DNA from: a virus
Taxonomy: Duplodnaviria > Caudoviricetes
Reading direction: 5' to 3' (one strand)
DNA length: 64,000 nt
IMG/VR virus record: IMGVR_UViG_3300038673_000493
Coordinates: 1-64,000 of that record
A program made the position numbers and the translations under genes. Below the pieces are notes generated by a model. That model was given only the letters and a program-made list of their open reading frames with translations, did not search any database and was not told the origin of the DNA. Numbering within the stretch: the first letter of the stretch is position 1; the number at the start of each line of letters is the position of its first letter. Positions 45,059 through 54,203 of this stretch are shown one piece after another.

Positions 45059-47782
45059 TCATTTCCTTCTCAAAATAATTTGGTAATCTTGATATATGAT
45101 TTCATAATTACCAGTTTCTAATGCGTAAGGAATAACTTTCTTTGCTTTACCTTCATAATTCGGACCAACAATATCGTCAAACATTATAACCGAATTTGCA
45201 ATTAAATTCTTCTCGGCTAATTTAAAAGCCTCTAAATGAAAGTTCGCTGAATTGTCCTTGCCATGTCCTTCTTTATCATCATAGTCAAGAGCATCAATGT
45301 AAATTCCATGAATAGTCTTATCATAATCTTTTAAAAATTGCAACCCGTCTTGACAAAGCAATTCAATATTTGAAGTCAGCAGATTTTGGGAAGCTAAATT
45401 TTCTTTACAGTTTTTAATGCTTTCTTCGGAAATATCAACTGCGGTCAATTGTCCTGCATAATTTTTAACATACCACGCAAAAACAGAAGTTGAATTACCA
45501 TCACCAGGTAAATCTGGATCTCCGGGTAATCTTCTCACAGTTCCTATTTCTATAAGATTCGGAATTATATCACCATTAAAATTATCATAAATACTTTGCA
45601 GATACTTTTTAAAAGTCGTTTGCCGTCGTGAATTTCGTAAAATCGGGGCAGTTGTGAAGTCGAGTATGTTTTTCTCTTTTACAAGCGGTAGCCGCTGATA
45701 TACCATGTCTGCCGTGATGTTTTTAGTACAAGCAAAGTCTTTATTGTGAAAACAGCCCTCATCCCATGATCTATTCGGAATAAAAATGTCATTCAAACAT
45801 CCGGTGCAATCACCCTCTCCTTCTATTCTAACATTGTCAGATTGAAATTCAACGAACGGTTCAGAGAATCCTGAAATCATAACAACTTGTTTTCCTAATG
45901 CCCAAGCAAGCCAAGCTAAACCAGAAGCAAGACCGATAAAGAACTCACATCCTAAAAGATTCCCCATCGTAATATCAATATGATTGTTTGTGGCATCAAT
46001 CACATTTTTCAATTGTGTTTTCTCTTTGCTGATTGCCACTACATTATAACCGTCAGCATTAAGCCTATCAACAAGTTCTTGCCAAGCTCCAGGGTTATTC
46101 CAAAATTTACATTTTGCTGTAGAAAATTCTGAAATGCAAACGTATCGTTTTGGACGTTTGATCTTTGCAATATAGACATTGCTGGTATCCACTTTTGGTT
46201 TAATCTCTTTGTATTCAAGTCCCAAAATATCACTTGCTATCCGTTGCAAAGGAACAGTTCTCCAATCTCTTGGGTGTCTGTATTGACGATCTGCATGGTA
46301 AACACCAATGCTGTAATGAGCATAAAGTCCTTTTATTACTGAACCAGGTTTCACAAATTCAATTTCAGGATATGCTTTCTTCAGCAAATAATTATGGTAA
46401 GTACACACAATCATCTTGCAATCATGCTTTTTCCTAAATTCTTCACAATAAGGAATCCAACAAATAGTGTCTCCTAATGATTTAGAATCAAACGATATGA
46501 ACACTCGTTTTCCTTTAGCATCATATTTATGTTGGAAAATAATTTCATTTCCTTTTCTGACTGTAATTTCCCAATTCGCAAAATACTTTGCATTAGCTCT
46601 TGCCCATCCGTCTTTCTTTATGAAGATGAAAAAATCTTCTTTAGCTTCATCCAGATTAACAAAAGAGATTTTATATTCTCCTTCTTTAATGCCGTGAGTT
46701 TCTAAAAAAGGACCTTGAATAAAATTACAATCAAATGTTACTGGATATTTTTCTTTCTTTTTAGGAGCTAATTCTTCAAGCACTTTGAGGGCAATTTTAG
46801 CGGCATTCCCCCAAGACCACTTTTCAGCAAATCCTTTTGCCTCATTTCTGAATCTAATACGAAGATCCTCACAAGCATAATAAGAATGTTTTAATGCCCG
46901 TTCTAAATCATCAAAATCAGGTTCTGCCCAAGTACCAGGACAATCAGGCATATTATAAACATTAACTGGTTTCTTATGCTCTTTGATTCTGACTTGCAAA
47001 TCTTCATGAGTATGAAAATCAAGTTGGGCTCCATACTGAGAACAAATTGAAGGAATACCACAAGCTATTGCTTCCATCAAAGGAAGATTCCAACCTTCTG
47101 CCCTTGCACAAGATACAAAAGTATGTACTTTATTTCGGAGAAATTCAACTTGATCTTCTCTGGATAAAAAAGGCATCGGCAATAAACGAGGATCAATAAA
47201 TCCATAACGGGTAAATCGTTCTTGTGTGCTGGTCATTTCATCAACAGGAAAAGGATTATCAACTGATAAGTAAAGACGAACATTTGGAAATGTTTCTCTG
47301 GGGAAAGTTTTCAACCATGTTTCAATAACTTCTTTTGTTGCTTTGCGATCTTCCCATCTTCCAACATAATAAAAATTACAATTGCCTTTTTTAGTATATT
47401 CAGTTGATGGATAAAAGATGCTTGAATCAACTCCTTCAGGAATTACTTTAACTCTATCAGCAGGGAAACCTTGAACAATGGCACAACCTGCTTGCCACTT
47501 AGAAGGAACCCATAATTGATCGAATGTTAAAAGCTGTTTGAAGAAATCATCGGGGTATCTTGTTGATTCCCACACATTGAAGGCTATTTTTGTACCAGAA
47601 TAATTTTGATAAAAAACAGAATCTCCTACTGTACCTAAAACAATCGTGCATTTATTGGCACTTTCGTTTTCTGTTGGAACTAGCTTTTTTAATTCATTCC
47701 AAAAGAATTTGGCATGTTGTCCATACCCTGTAATTTCCGATCCTCTAAAAACAAAATTTACTTTTCCAAACATGGATTGCAC
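45059..47782 (-). CDS. Three-domain enzyme: GT4 glycosyltransferase, TibC/Aah-like heptosyltransferase and class I methyltransferase
   Basis: EGWNLPLMEAIACG; KGKRVFISFDSKSLGDTICWIPY...CTGC...C...C; LIEIGT...IYIDALD. Confidence 0.8.
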   Translation of the reverse strand: MQSMFGKVNFVFRGSEITGYGQHAKFFWNELKKLVPTENESANKCTIVLGTVGDSVFYQNYSGTKIAFNVWESTRYPDDFFKQLLTFDQLWVPSKWQAGCAIVQGFPADRVKVIPEGVDSSIFYPSTEYTKKGNCNFYYVGRWEDRKATKEVIETWLKTFPRETFPNVRLYLSVDNPFPVDEMTSTQERFTRYGFIDPRLLPMPFLSREDQVEFLRNKVHTFVSCARAEGWNLPLMEAIACGIPSICSQYGAQLDFHTHEDLQVRIKEHKKPVNVYNMPDCPGTWAEPDFDDLERALKHSYYACEDLRIRFRNEAKGFAEKWSWGNAAKIALKVLEELAPKKKEKYPVTFDCNFIQGPFLETHGIKEGEYKISFVNLDEAKEDFFIFIKKDGWARANAKYFANWEITVRKGNEIIFQHKYDAKGKRVFISFDSKSLGDTICWIPYCEEFRKKHDCKMIVCTYHNYLLKKAYPEIEFVKPGSVIKGLYAHYSIGVYHADRQYRHPRDWRTVPLQRIASDILGLEYKEIKPKVDTSNVYIAKIKRPKRYVCISEFSTAKCKFWNNPGAWQELVDRLNADGYNVVAISKEKTQLKNVIDATNNHIDITMGNLLGCEFFIGLASGLAWLAWALGKQVVMISGFSEPFVEFQSDNVRIEGEGDCTGCLNDIFIPNRSWDEGCFHNKDFACTKNITADMVYQRLPLVKEKNILDFTTAPILRNSRRQTTFKKYLQSIYDNFNGDIIPNLIEIGTVRRLPGDPDLPGDGNSTSVFAWYVKNYAGQLTAVDISEESIKNCKENLASQNLLTSNIELLCQDGLQFLKDYDKTIHGIYIDALDYDDKEGHGKDNSANFHLEAFKLAEKNLIANSVIMFDDIVGPNYEGKAKKVIPYALETGNYEIIYQDYQIILRRK

Positions 47783-47847
47783 CTCTCTTGTTTATTTATG
47801 ATAGCATACACTTTTTTATAAAATCTGCAATATTTTATTTAATTCAT

Positions 47848-48441
47848 TTATCCTTTTGTCAAACTAATAATTGCAATCACAATTCCTGATACACCGAAAA
47901 TAATTCCTATTGCCGCGGTCACATAAGACCACATAGCTGTTTTTCCTTCTTGCTGTCCAGTATCGGTATCCCTTGAACGCCTCAACCTTCGTACTTCTGC
48001 AAGCAATTCAACCATCATAGGATCGGCTACAGCTTGTTTCCCTGATCCAACATAAGAAGATTTTTCTAAAGCGGCTACTCTTTCAATCAACTGTTCTGTG
48101 GATTGTGATATTTGAGTGGCAAGAACGTCAGCCTGCCTAGAAGCTCTTTCAGAAGCAATAGCAACAGCTCCTACATCCACTGCACGAATCGCATCAATCC
48201 TTTTACTTTCTGCAACAGCAAGTTTTTCTTGATATTCAGCCCGCAATTTCATAATCTCAGAAATATGACGAAGCTCGGAAACTTGCAAGTCCTCAAGACG
48301 TTTTGTATCACTTTTTCGGAGATCATCCAACCGATTAACAGCATTAATGACAAGTTGAATTACATTTGCCGTTGGATCAATAACTGGACCACCACTTGAA
48401 TCAACTCCAAGTCCTGTAGGTCTTTTATCTATATCGTCCAT
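47848..48441 (-). CDS. Hypothetical protein with C-terminal TM helix (start corrected to 48441)
   Basis: SD GGAG before MDDIDK. Confidence 0.6.
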   Translation of the reverse strand: MDDIDKRPTGLGVDSSGGPVIDPTANVIQLVINAVNRLDDLRKSDTKRLEDLQVSELRHISEIMKLRAEYQEKLAVAESKRIDAIRAVDVGAVAIASERASRQADVLATQISQSTEQLIERVAALEKSSYVGSGKQAVADPMMVELLAEVRRLRRSRDTDTGQQEGKTAMWSYVTAAIGIIFGVSGIVIAIISLTKG

Positions 48442-48451
48442 GTTATCTCCT

Positions 48452-48976
48452 TTATTTGTCAGGATCATCACAATGATCAGATGATCTTCTACCAGAATTT
48501 CGTTGCTTACAAATTTCTTTTTGAGTTTTAAGACACCCCTCAAGTTTAACAATCATCAATTCGTTTTTTGCTGTTCTTCCGTTAGCTATTTCCATATGAG
48601 TATTTACAGCATCTAATCGCTTAATAATCTCCATACTACTTTCTTTGTATTCTAAACGATTTTTATGGATAGCATCCTGCAATTCTTTTGTCATTCTCAT
48701 ATTAAGCTTTTCAAGAGTGCTGGCTGTCTGCTTAGTAATTTCTGCAAGGTCACGGGCAGTTTCTTTCCTCAAACTTTCAACCTCTTCAGCGGCTTCTTTT
48801 CTTGTCTTTTCTATACCCTCAGCGGCTTTATTTTTTGCTTCCTCAACTCCCTCAGCATTAAGGCGTCCTCTAGTTTCAAGACGATCAAAATATTTCTTAG
48901 CAAAGAAACCGGTTATAACAACTAAACCCCCATTCAATCCGAAACTTATTAAAATTGCAGGCACATTAAATTCCAT
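48452..48976 (-). CDS. Membrane-anchored coiled-coil protein
   Basis: N-terminal TM helix. Confidence 0.55.
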   Translation of the reverse strand: MEFNVPAILISFGLNGGLVVITGFFAKKYFDRLETRGRLNAEGVEEAKNKAAEGIEKTRKEAAEEVESLRKETARDLAEITKQTASTLEKLNMRMTKELQDAIHKNRLEYKESSMEIIKRLDAVNTHMEIANGRTAKNELMIVKLEGCLKTQKEICKQRNSGRRSSDHCDDPDK

Positions 48977-49163
48977 TTGCTTTCATTGCTCCTTCTCCAA
49001 GAGAATGAACAACACTAAACCTGTCAGGAAAATATGTCCCATTTCCAGGATTAACAAGAGATGTTGTTCCTCTTTGCCATATATCCATTCCCCCATTGAT
49101 AATAATATTACGATTCATTGAAGGAGTAATACTAACTGGTGATTCTAATTTTCCTGTTTTCAT
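48966..49163 (-). pseudogene. Truncated tail-fibre domain
   Basis: RNIIINGGMDIWQRG...YFPDRF is the start of a common fibre module; it stops after 65 aa. Confidence 0.5.
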
Positions 49164-49175
49164 AATTTAATCCTT

Positions 49176-49826
49176 TTATTTCCACGAACCGCCTACTTTA
49201 ATTTTATTTGCTGATACGCTTTTCCAAACACCACCAACTTTAATTTGTGTGCTTGATATTGCTCTCCAAACACCGTTTACTTTTATCATCTTTGCATTGC
49301 CGCCACCTTCTCCATGCTCTACCTCAATCCACATTTGATAATATGTCGGACTAGCATAATTATTTTTATCTGTACGGTCACCAGTTATGTGTATTCTTGC
49401 GACTAAAGCATCAATATCTGACCATGTCCACGCACTAGAATTTGAAGGATTTAATGCAAAGGTTCTACTATATATTGCTGTGGTTGTAGTTAATTGTTCT
49501 GAATTGACTCCACCGTAATATTGAGTTGACCCAATTTTAAGGGAAAGTTCTATTGTGGCATTTTGTGTGCCGGACATAACTTTTTTCGCATATACTTTTA
49601 AAACAACACTACTAATATCATCATCTTCGGTAGTATGATTTGCAAATCCATACTCCTCAAAAGCATCTCCTCCAGACATGGAACAATTAATTTCAAGATA
49701 ATCACTTTCATTTAAAGTTGCTTCATCAATATTTGTATATTTGTTGCCAGCGGAAACAGAAGGAGTACCTGTAATTGCTGCATTATTTGTAACGTCAGAG
49801 GTTGGTCTTGTGGTAAAAGTTGACAT
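49176..49826 (-). CDS. Putative virion structural protein
   Basis: Thr/Ser-rich beta-type sequence; C-terminal IKVNGVW/IKVGGVWK repeats typical of fibre ends. Confidence 0.55.
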   Translation of the reverse strand: MSTFTTRPTSDVTNNAAITGTPSVSAGNKYTNIDEATLNESDYLEINCSMSGGDAFEEYGFANHTTEDDDISSVVLKVYAKKVMSGTQNATIELSLKIGSTQYYGGVNSEQLTTTTAIYSRTFALNPSNSSAWTWSDIDALVARIHITGDRTDKNNYASPTYYQMWIEVEHGEGGGNAKMIKVNGVWRAISSTQIKVGGVWKSVSANKIKVGGSWK

Positions 49827-50438
49827 TTACATTCCCCAAAAAACATCGAATGGAGGTGTTTTAAAATTCTTTACGTCATTATAAAACCCACGACCTTTAG
49901 GACAATAGGACAAAGATAAAAGGATACCGTCAACAATTTCAGTTTCTCCTTTGAGATATCTATCATAGGATGCTAAATAAATTATATCTGTTGGTTTTTG
50001 AGGTCGATCATCTATCCAACAATTAAAGCCAAGTGTTTTCATGCACTCTCGTTCTTCCATTTTTAAATCCCCACACCAATCACAACTGCCAGCAATGGGA
50101 TAATATTCTTTAAAAGCAGCAAAATTTAATAAGGCATTAAAATCAACGAAAGCCTGATACGTTTCAAATCCTTGTTGTCTTAAAATTTCGTACATTTCCA
50201 AAGTGTATTTAGTTCTTTCTTCTTCCAAAACAGTTTTAATATCTACCGTGGACTTAACTGCACTATCAGCAGAAATAGTGGTAGCAACTCCAATCTTTGT
50301 TTCAATAATAGCTTTTGCTTCAGTAACAGATTTGGCAGTTGCTAAAGACTCTATTCGTGCTTTATTAAAAGCACGATGCTTGTCTATTACCGCCCGACAA
50401 AGTAAAAGCCGATCAATGTCTTTTTGCTCGATTGCCAT
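49827..50438 (-). CDS. Hypothetical protein
   Basis: ORF track. Confidence 0.55.
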   Translation of the reverse strand: MAIEQKDIDRLLLCRAVIDKHRAFNKARIESLATAKSVTEAKAIIETKIGVATTISADSAVKSTVDIKTVLEEERTKYTLEMYEILRQQGFETYQAFVDFNALLNFAAFKEYYPIAGSCDWCGDLKMEERECMKTLGFNCWIDDRPQKPTDIIYLASYDRYLKGETEIVDGILLSLSYCPKGRGFYNDVKNFKTPPFDVFWGM

Positions 50439-50448
50439 GATGTACCTC

Positions 50449-51792
50449 TTATGTATATTGGAAATACAATGATCCGTCAGGAATGCCGCTTGTTCCTATA
50501 GTACCAGCAGTTCCATAGTACACATTGACAGCACGACCTGATGTTCCATCTGAATAAGCTCCTGTTATCTGTACTGATTCAAATACACCACTTGTACTCA
50601 TAGTGCCTGATGTTCCAGATGTTCCAGAAGTGCCTTCACCTGATGTTCCAGATGTTCCATTTCCTGAAGTACCACTTGTGCCTGATGTTCCACTTGTGCC
50701 ATCAGCACCATCTTCTCCTGAAGTACCGCTTGTGCCATCATCACCACTTGTTCCTGATGTTCCGTTTACTCCTGATGTTCCACTTGTACCATCAGCACCA
50801 TCTTCTCCTGATGTGCCACTTGTTCCAGATGTTCCATTTCCAGAAGTACCTGATGTGCCGCTTGTACCGTCAGCTCCATCTATTCCAGATGTGCCACTTG
50901 TGCCATCAGCACCATCTTCTCCTGACGTACCTGATGTTCCATTTACTCCTGATGTTCCTGAAGAACCATCAACTCCTGAAGTACCGCTTGTGCCGCCTGT
51001 CCCGGATGTACCACTTGTTCCGTCGGCACCATCTTCTCCAGAAGTGCCTGAAGTGCCATCAGCCCCATCTTCTCCTGAAGTACCGGAAGTGCCATTTTCT
51101 CCTGATGTACCACTCGTACCATCGGTTCCATCAACACCGCTTGTTCCTGATGTTCCTTCTCCTGATGTACCAGAAGTGCCTGATGTTCCATTTCCAGAAG
51201 TACCTGATGTGCCGCTTGTACCGTCAGCTCCATCTATTCCAGATGTGCCACTTGTGCCTTCACCAGATGTTCCTGATGTGCCACTTGTGCCACCAGTTCC
51301 GGATGCCCCACTTGTTCCAGAAGTGCCTGCAACTCCTGAAGTTCCACTTGTGCCTGCAACTCCTGAAGTTCCAGAAGTCCCATCTTCTCCGGAAGTGCCG
51401 CTTGTACCTGATGTTCCTTCTCCTGATGTACCAGAAGTGCCTGATGTTCCATCTCCAGAAGTACCACTTGTGCCATCAGCACCATCTACTCCAGAAGTAC
51501 CTGATGTTCCATCTACTCCAGATGTTCCTGATGTACCAGATGTTCCTTCACCAGATGTTCCTGATGTACCTGATGTTCCAGAAGTTCCATCTCCAGATGT
51601 TCCACTTGTACCATCTTCTCCAGAAGTACCTGATGTTCCATCTACTCCAGAAGTACCTGATGTGCCACTTGTGCCATCATCTCCAGGTATTCCTTGAGGA
51701 CCTTCTTCCATTTGAACAATAATGATAGGATCAGGCTCACTCTCAATAATAATTATGTTATCTTCACCCTCAATAAATATTTCATCACTCAT
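50449..51792 (-). CDS. Collagen-like Gly-Thr-Ser repeat fibre protein
   Basis: About 360 aa of GTS/GVD/GED/GAD triplets with 2-residue interruptions. Confidence 0.8.
   Translation of the reverse strand: MSDEIFIEGEDNIIIIESEPDPIIIVQMEEGPQGIPGDDGTSGTSGTSGVDGTSGTSGEDGTSGTSGDGTSGTSGTSGTSGEGTSGTSGTSGVDGTSGTSGVDGADGTSGTSGDGTSGTSGTSGEGTSGTSGTSGEDGTSGTSGVAGTSGTSGVAGTSGTSGASGTGGTSGTSGTSGEGTSGTSGIDGADGTSGTSGTSGNGTSGTSGTSGEGTSGTSGVDGTDGTSGTSGENGTSGTSGEDGADGTSGTSGEDGADGTSGTSGTGGTSGTSGVDGSSGTSGVNGTSGTSGEDGADGTSGTSGIDGADGTSGTSGTSGNGTSGTSGTSGEDGADGTSGTSGVNGTSGTSGDDGTSGTSGEDGADGTSGTSGTSGTSGNGTSGTSGEGTSGTSGTSGTMSTSGVFESVQITGAYSDGTSGRAVNVYYGTAGTIGTSGIPDGSLYFQYT
50603..51697 (-). repeat. Degenerate 9-nt-period tandem repeat encoding (GTS)n
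   Basis: GGAACATCA/GGTACTTCT/GGCACAAGT synonymous units on the - strand. Confidence 0.9.
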
Positions 51793-52216
51793 TTCTGGTC
51801 ACCGCCGGAGTTATTGTAGCAACACCATATTGTTTCAGAACGGCTTCTCCTGAGGGATTGTACAAGAATAAATCGTAAGCTCCTACGATTTCCTTGTGAG
51901 CATTACACAAACCTGCTGTATCGTTATCTCGTAAATAAATACGCCATTTTCCAATATCATCAACATCATATTCATCATCGTATTCATCATTATAAAAATA
52001 AATACCCGTATCACCGTCAGGTGTCCACGCTTCTCTCTTATGAGGAACTTCTAACAATACTGTATCATTTTTTATTTTGGATCTGATTTGCATGTTTGCG
52101 GTATATCCTGTAAGATTAACAGGAATGGCAGGATCTCCAGTTTTCCATTGAAAACTTTTATCAAATGTACCGCCTTCAATAATTGTAATATCCACGTTAG
52201 CCGCAATACATTTCAT
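51785..52216 (-). CDS. Putative structural adaptor protein
   Basis: ITIIEGGTF...PVNLTGYTANMQIR...YDL pattern common in tail modules. Confidence 0.6.
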   Translation of the reverse strand: MKCIAANVDITIIEGGTFDKSFQWKTGDPAIPVNLTGYTANMQIRSKIKNDTVLLEVPHKREAWTPDGDTGIYFYNDEYDDEYDVDDIGKWRIYLRDNDTAGLCNAHKEIVGAYDLFLYNPSGEAVLKQYGVATITPAVTRNE

Positions 52217-52242
52217 TGTAATTCTCCTTACTTATTTATTTC

Positions 52243-52271
52243 ATTCTAATAAAAAAAGTTCCAAAAAGCAA
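52243..52271 (-). promoter_or_regulatory. Sigma70-like promoter TTGCTT-N17-TAGAAT
   Basis: 17-bp spacing; upstream of SD AAGGAG of the 52216 gene. Confidence 0.5.
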
Positions 52272-52289
52272 GTTCTAATTATATTTATC

Positions 52290-52350
52290 TTATGGATAAT
52301 GCCACTCTCCCTGTGTTTCCATCTTTGCTTGACTTAATGCTTTTTTCATA
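52290..52350 (-). pseudogene. Vestigial fourth copy of the shared N-terminal cassette
   Basis: MKKALSQAK then a deletion; 21 nt at 52327-52347 are identical to 53175-53195. Confidence 0.65.
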
Positions 52351-52357
52351 AAATATT

Positions 52358-53197
52358 TTACCAAGTATAATCTTTATCTGTGGTTGTTATAAGAACTTTA
52401 TCTAACCAAATAAAATTATTAGATCGACAGACCCATTCTATGCCATTTAATCCTTCAAAAGCATTATCTGATAAAGCTATTCCAGAACCCACTACATCAT
52501 CATCTATTGTTATTAAAATTTCTCTTCCAGAACCAAAAACTGTTATTTTAAATTCATGCCAAACATCATAAGATATGGTGGTGACAGTATCAGAATTAAC
52601 TAAAATACTTTCATTACCATTTACATACAAAACTAATTTTAAAACACCTAAAGAATAATAATAATAACAATTAATACGCGGGTAAAAACCATTAGTGTAC
52701 AAAGGCTCAAAATACCAAAGAGCAGATCCACTAGGAATTAAAAATCTAATGGAATAAATAAAATTATTAGGAAATAAAAAATCCCAATAATTTACATAAC
52801 TATTATCAGAAAATCGGAGACTTGCAGAACCGCTATAATATTGTGCTGTATCAATTTCAACATTTTCTAGATTATCTGGAATAAGCCCTTGTGCTTCTTC
52901 AATCCAAGTAGTTGCCCCATCCATACCATCAAAATTACATTTAAATATTTCTCTTACCACAGGTGCAGGTTTAACCGAACTCATTCCACTACTATTTTTA
53001 GGATTAGCTTCCACTTTATTCATAATAACATAAGTTCCAGATACTTTTCCAATTAAAACAATCATTCCTACTCGCAAATCATTCAGATCATATAGATAGG
53101 TGCCTGTCGAAATTAGGCCATTTTTCATGGCTAATGTCACTCTCCCTTTATTTCTGTCTATAGCTAGTATCTTCGCTTGACTTAATGCTTTTTTCAC
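52358..53197 (-). CDS. Paralog 3: shared N-terminal domain plus ConA/LamG-like lectin domain
   Basis: QAKILAIDRNKGRVTL...; NFDGMDGAT...WHEFKITV...WLDKV; likely GTG start at 53197. Confidence 0.65.
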   Translation of the reverse strand: MKKALSQAKILAIDRNKGRVTLAMKNGLISTGTYLYDLNDLRVGMIVLIGKVSGTYVIMNKVEANPKNSSGMSSVKPAPVVREIFKCNFDGMDGATTWIEEAQGLIPDNLENVEIDTAQYYSGSASLRFSDNSYVNYWDFLFPNNFIYSIRFLIPSGSALWYFEPLYTNGFYPRINCYYYYSLGVLKLVLYVNGNESILVNSDTVTTISYDVWHEFKITVFGSGREILITIDDDVVGSGIALSDNAFEGLNGIEWVCRSNNFIWLDKVLITTTDKDYTW

Positions 53198-53234
53198 GGC
53201 ATTCTCTTTAAAAATTCTATTTACCATATATGTT

Positions 53235-54203
53235 TTAAAACCAATATTCATCAGTTTGAGAATTTAATCCAAAAATTTCAAAATTACTTCTGCCCCCACC
53301 ACCTAAAAAATCTTTATATACATTTGATAAACATACGGATATTCCATTACCGACAACTTTATTTAAAACTTTTCTATATCCTAAATACACAATTAAATGA
53401 AATCCATATCCCACACTAGGAAATATCTTAGTATAACCAGGAATTCCATAATCAGGAATTTCCCAAGAATCTATAAGATTGTTTTTATATTTCCAATTCC
53501 ATTCATTATTTGTTATATTTAATTGTATAATTTTTGTAAGAAAATTTTCAAATGAATAAATATCTGAATTATAATATTCATCATTAGTAACATCCGATCG
53601 TAACACGGTTAATGCATTATATAGAGATAAAATCTCATTATATCTAAAAGATATTTCAAATGTTATTTCAGAATCTATGGAGTAGGAAGGAAAAACAGAA
53701 CTAAACATATAGAAAAAACCATCCCCCCAATTATAACAAATCGGAGAAGAAGCCCCTACCAAACAACTATCTGCAATGAGAAGGGAAGAATAACCATCTA
53801 ATTCTGGATATATTCTACTTCTTTCTTCCCAAACACCTCCAACTTTTTCTCGATAATGATATGTATTTGTCCAAATACTAGTATTAATAATAGATTGATC
53901 AAAATGATCATTTATCACAACCACATCATCAATGATTAATTTGATATAATCAATACCGCTATTTGAAATTAATGGAAGAATTGAACTTAACCCCGATCCA
54001 TTTTTAGGACTAGCGGCAACTTTATCTAAAATAACTTTAGTACCATCTAAATCTCCAATAAGAACTGTCATTCCTTCTCTCAAATCATTTATGTCATGCA
54101 GATATGTACCAACAGAAACTAACCCGTTTTTGGTAAACAAAGTTACTCTGCCTTTGTTTTTGTCTATTGATACCACTCTTGCTTGATCAAAGCTTTTTAT
54201 CAT
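53235..54203 (-). CDS. Paralog 2: shared N-terminal domain plus variable C-terminal domain
   Basis: QARVVSIDKNKGRVTL...HDINDLREGMTVLIG...NPKN-like end; ATGA-coupled start at 54203. Confidence 0.65.
   Translation of the reverse strand: MIKSFDQARVVSIDKNKGRVTLFTKNGLVSVGTYLHDINDLREGMTVLIGDLDGTKVILDKVAASPKNGSGLSSILPLISNSGIDYIKLIIDDVVVINDHFDQSIINTSIWTNTYHYREKVGGVWEERSRIYPELDGYSSLLIADSCLVGASSPICYNWGDGFFYMFSSVFPSYSIDSEITFEISFRYNEILSLYNALTVLRSDVTNDEYYNSDIYSFENFLTKIIQLNITNNEWNWKYKNNLIDSWEIPDYGIPGYTKIFPSVGYGFHLIVYLGYRKVLNKVVGNGISVCLSNVYKDFLGGGGRSNFEIFGLNSQTDEYWF

Noticed and set aside
50603-51722. Long + strand ORFs 50603..51697 (PDVP repeats) and 50610..51722
   Set aside because: Antisense shadows of the GTS repeat gene; no SD, and they oppose the local gene orientation.
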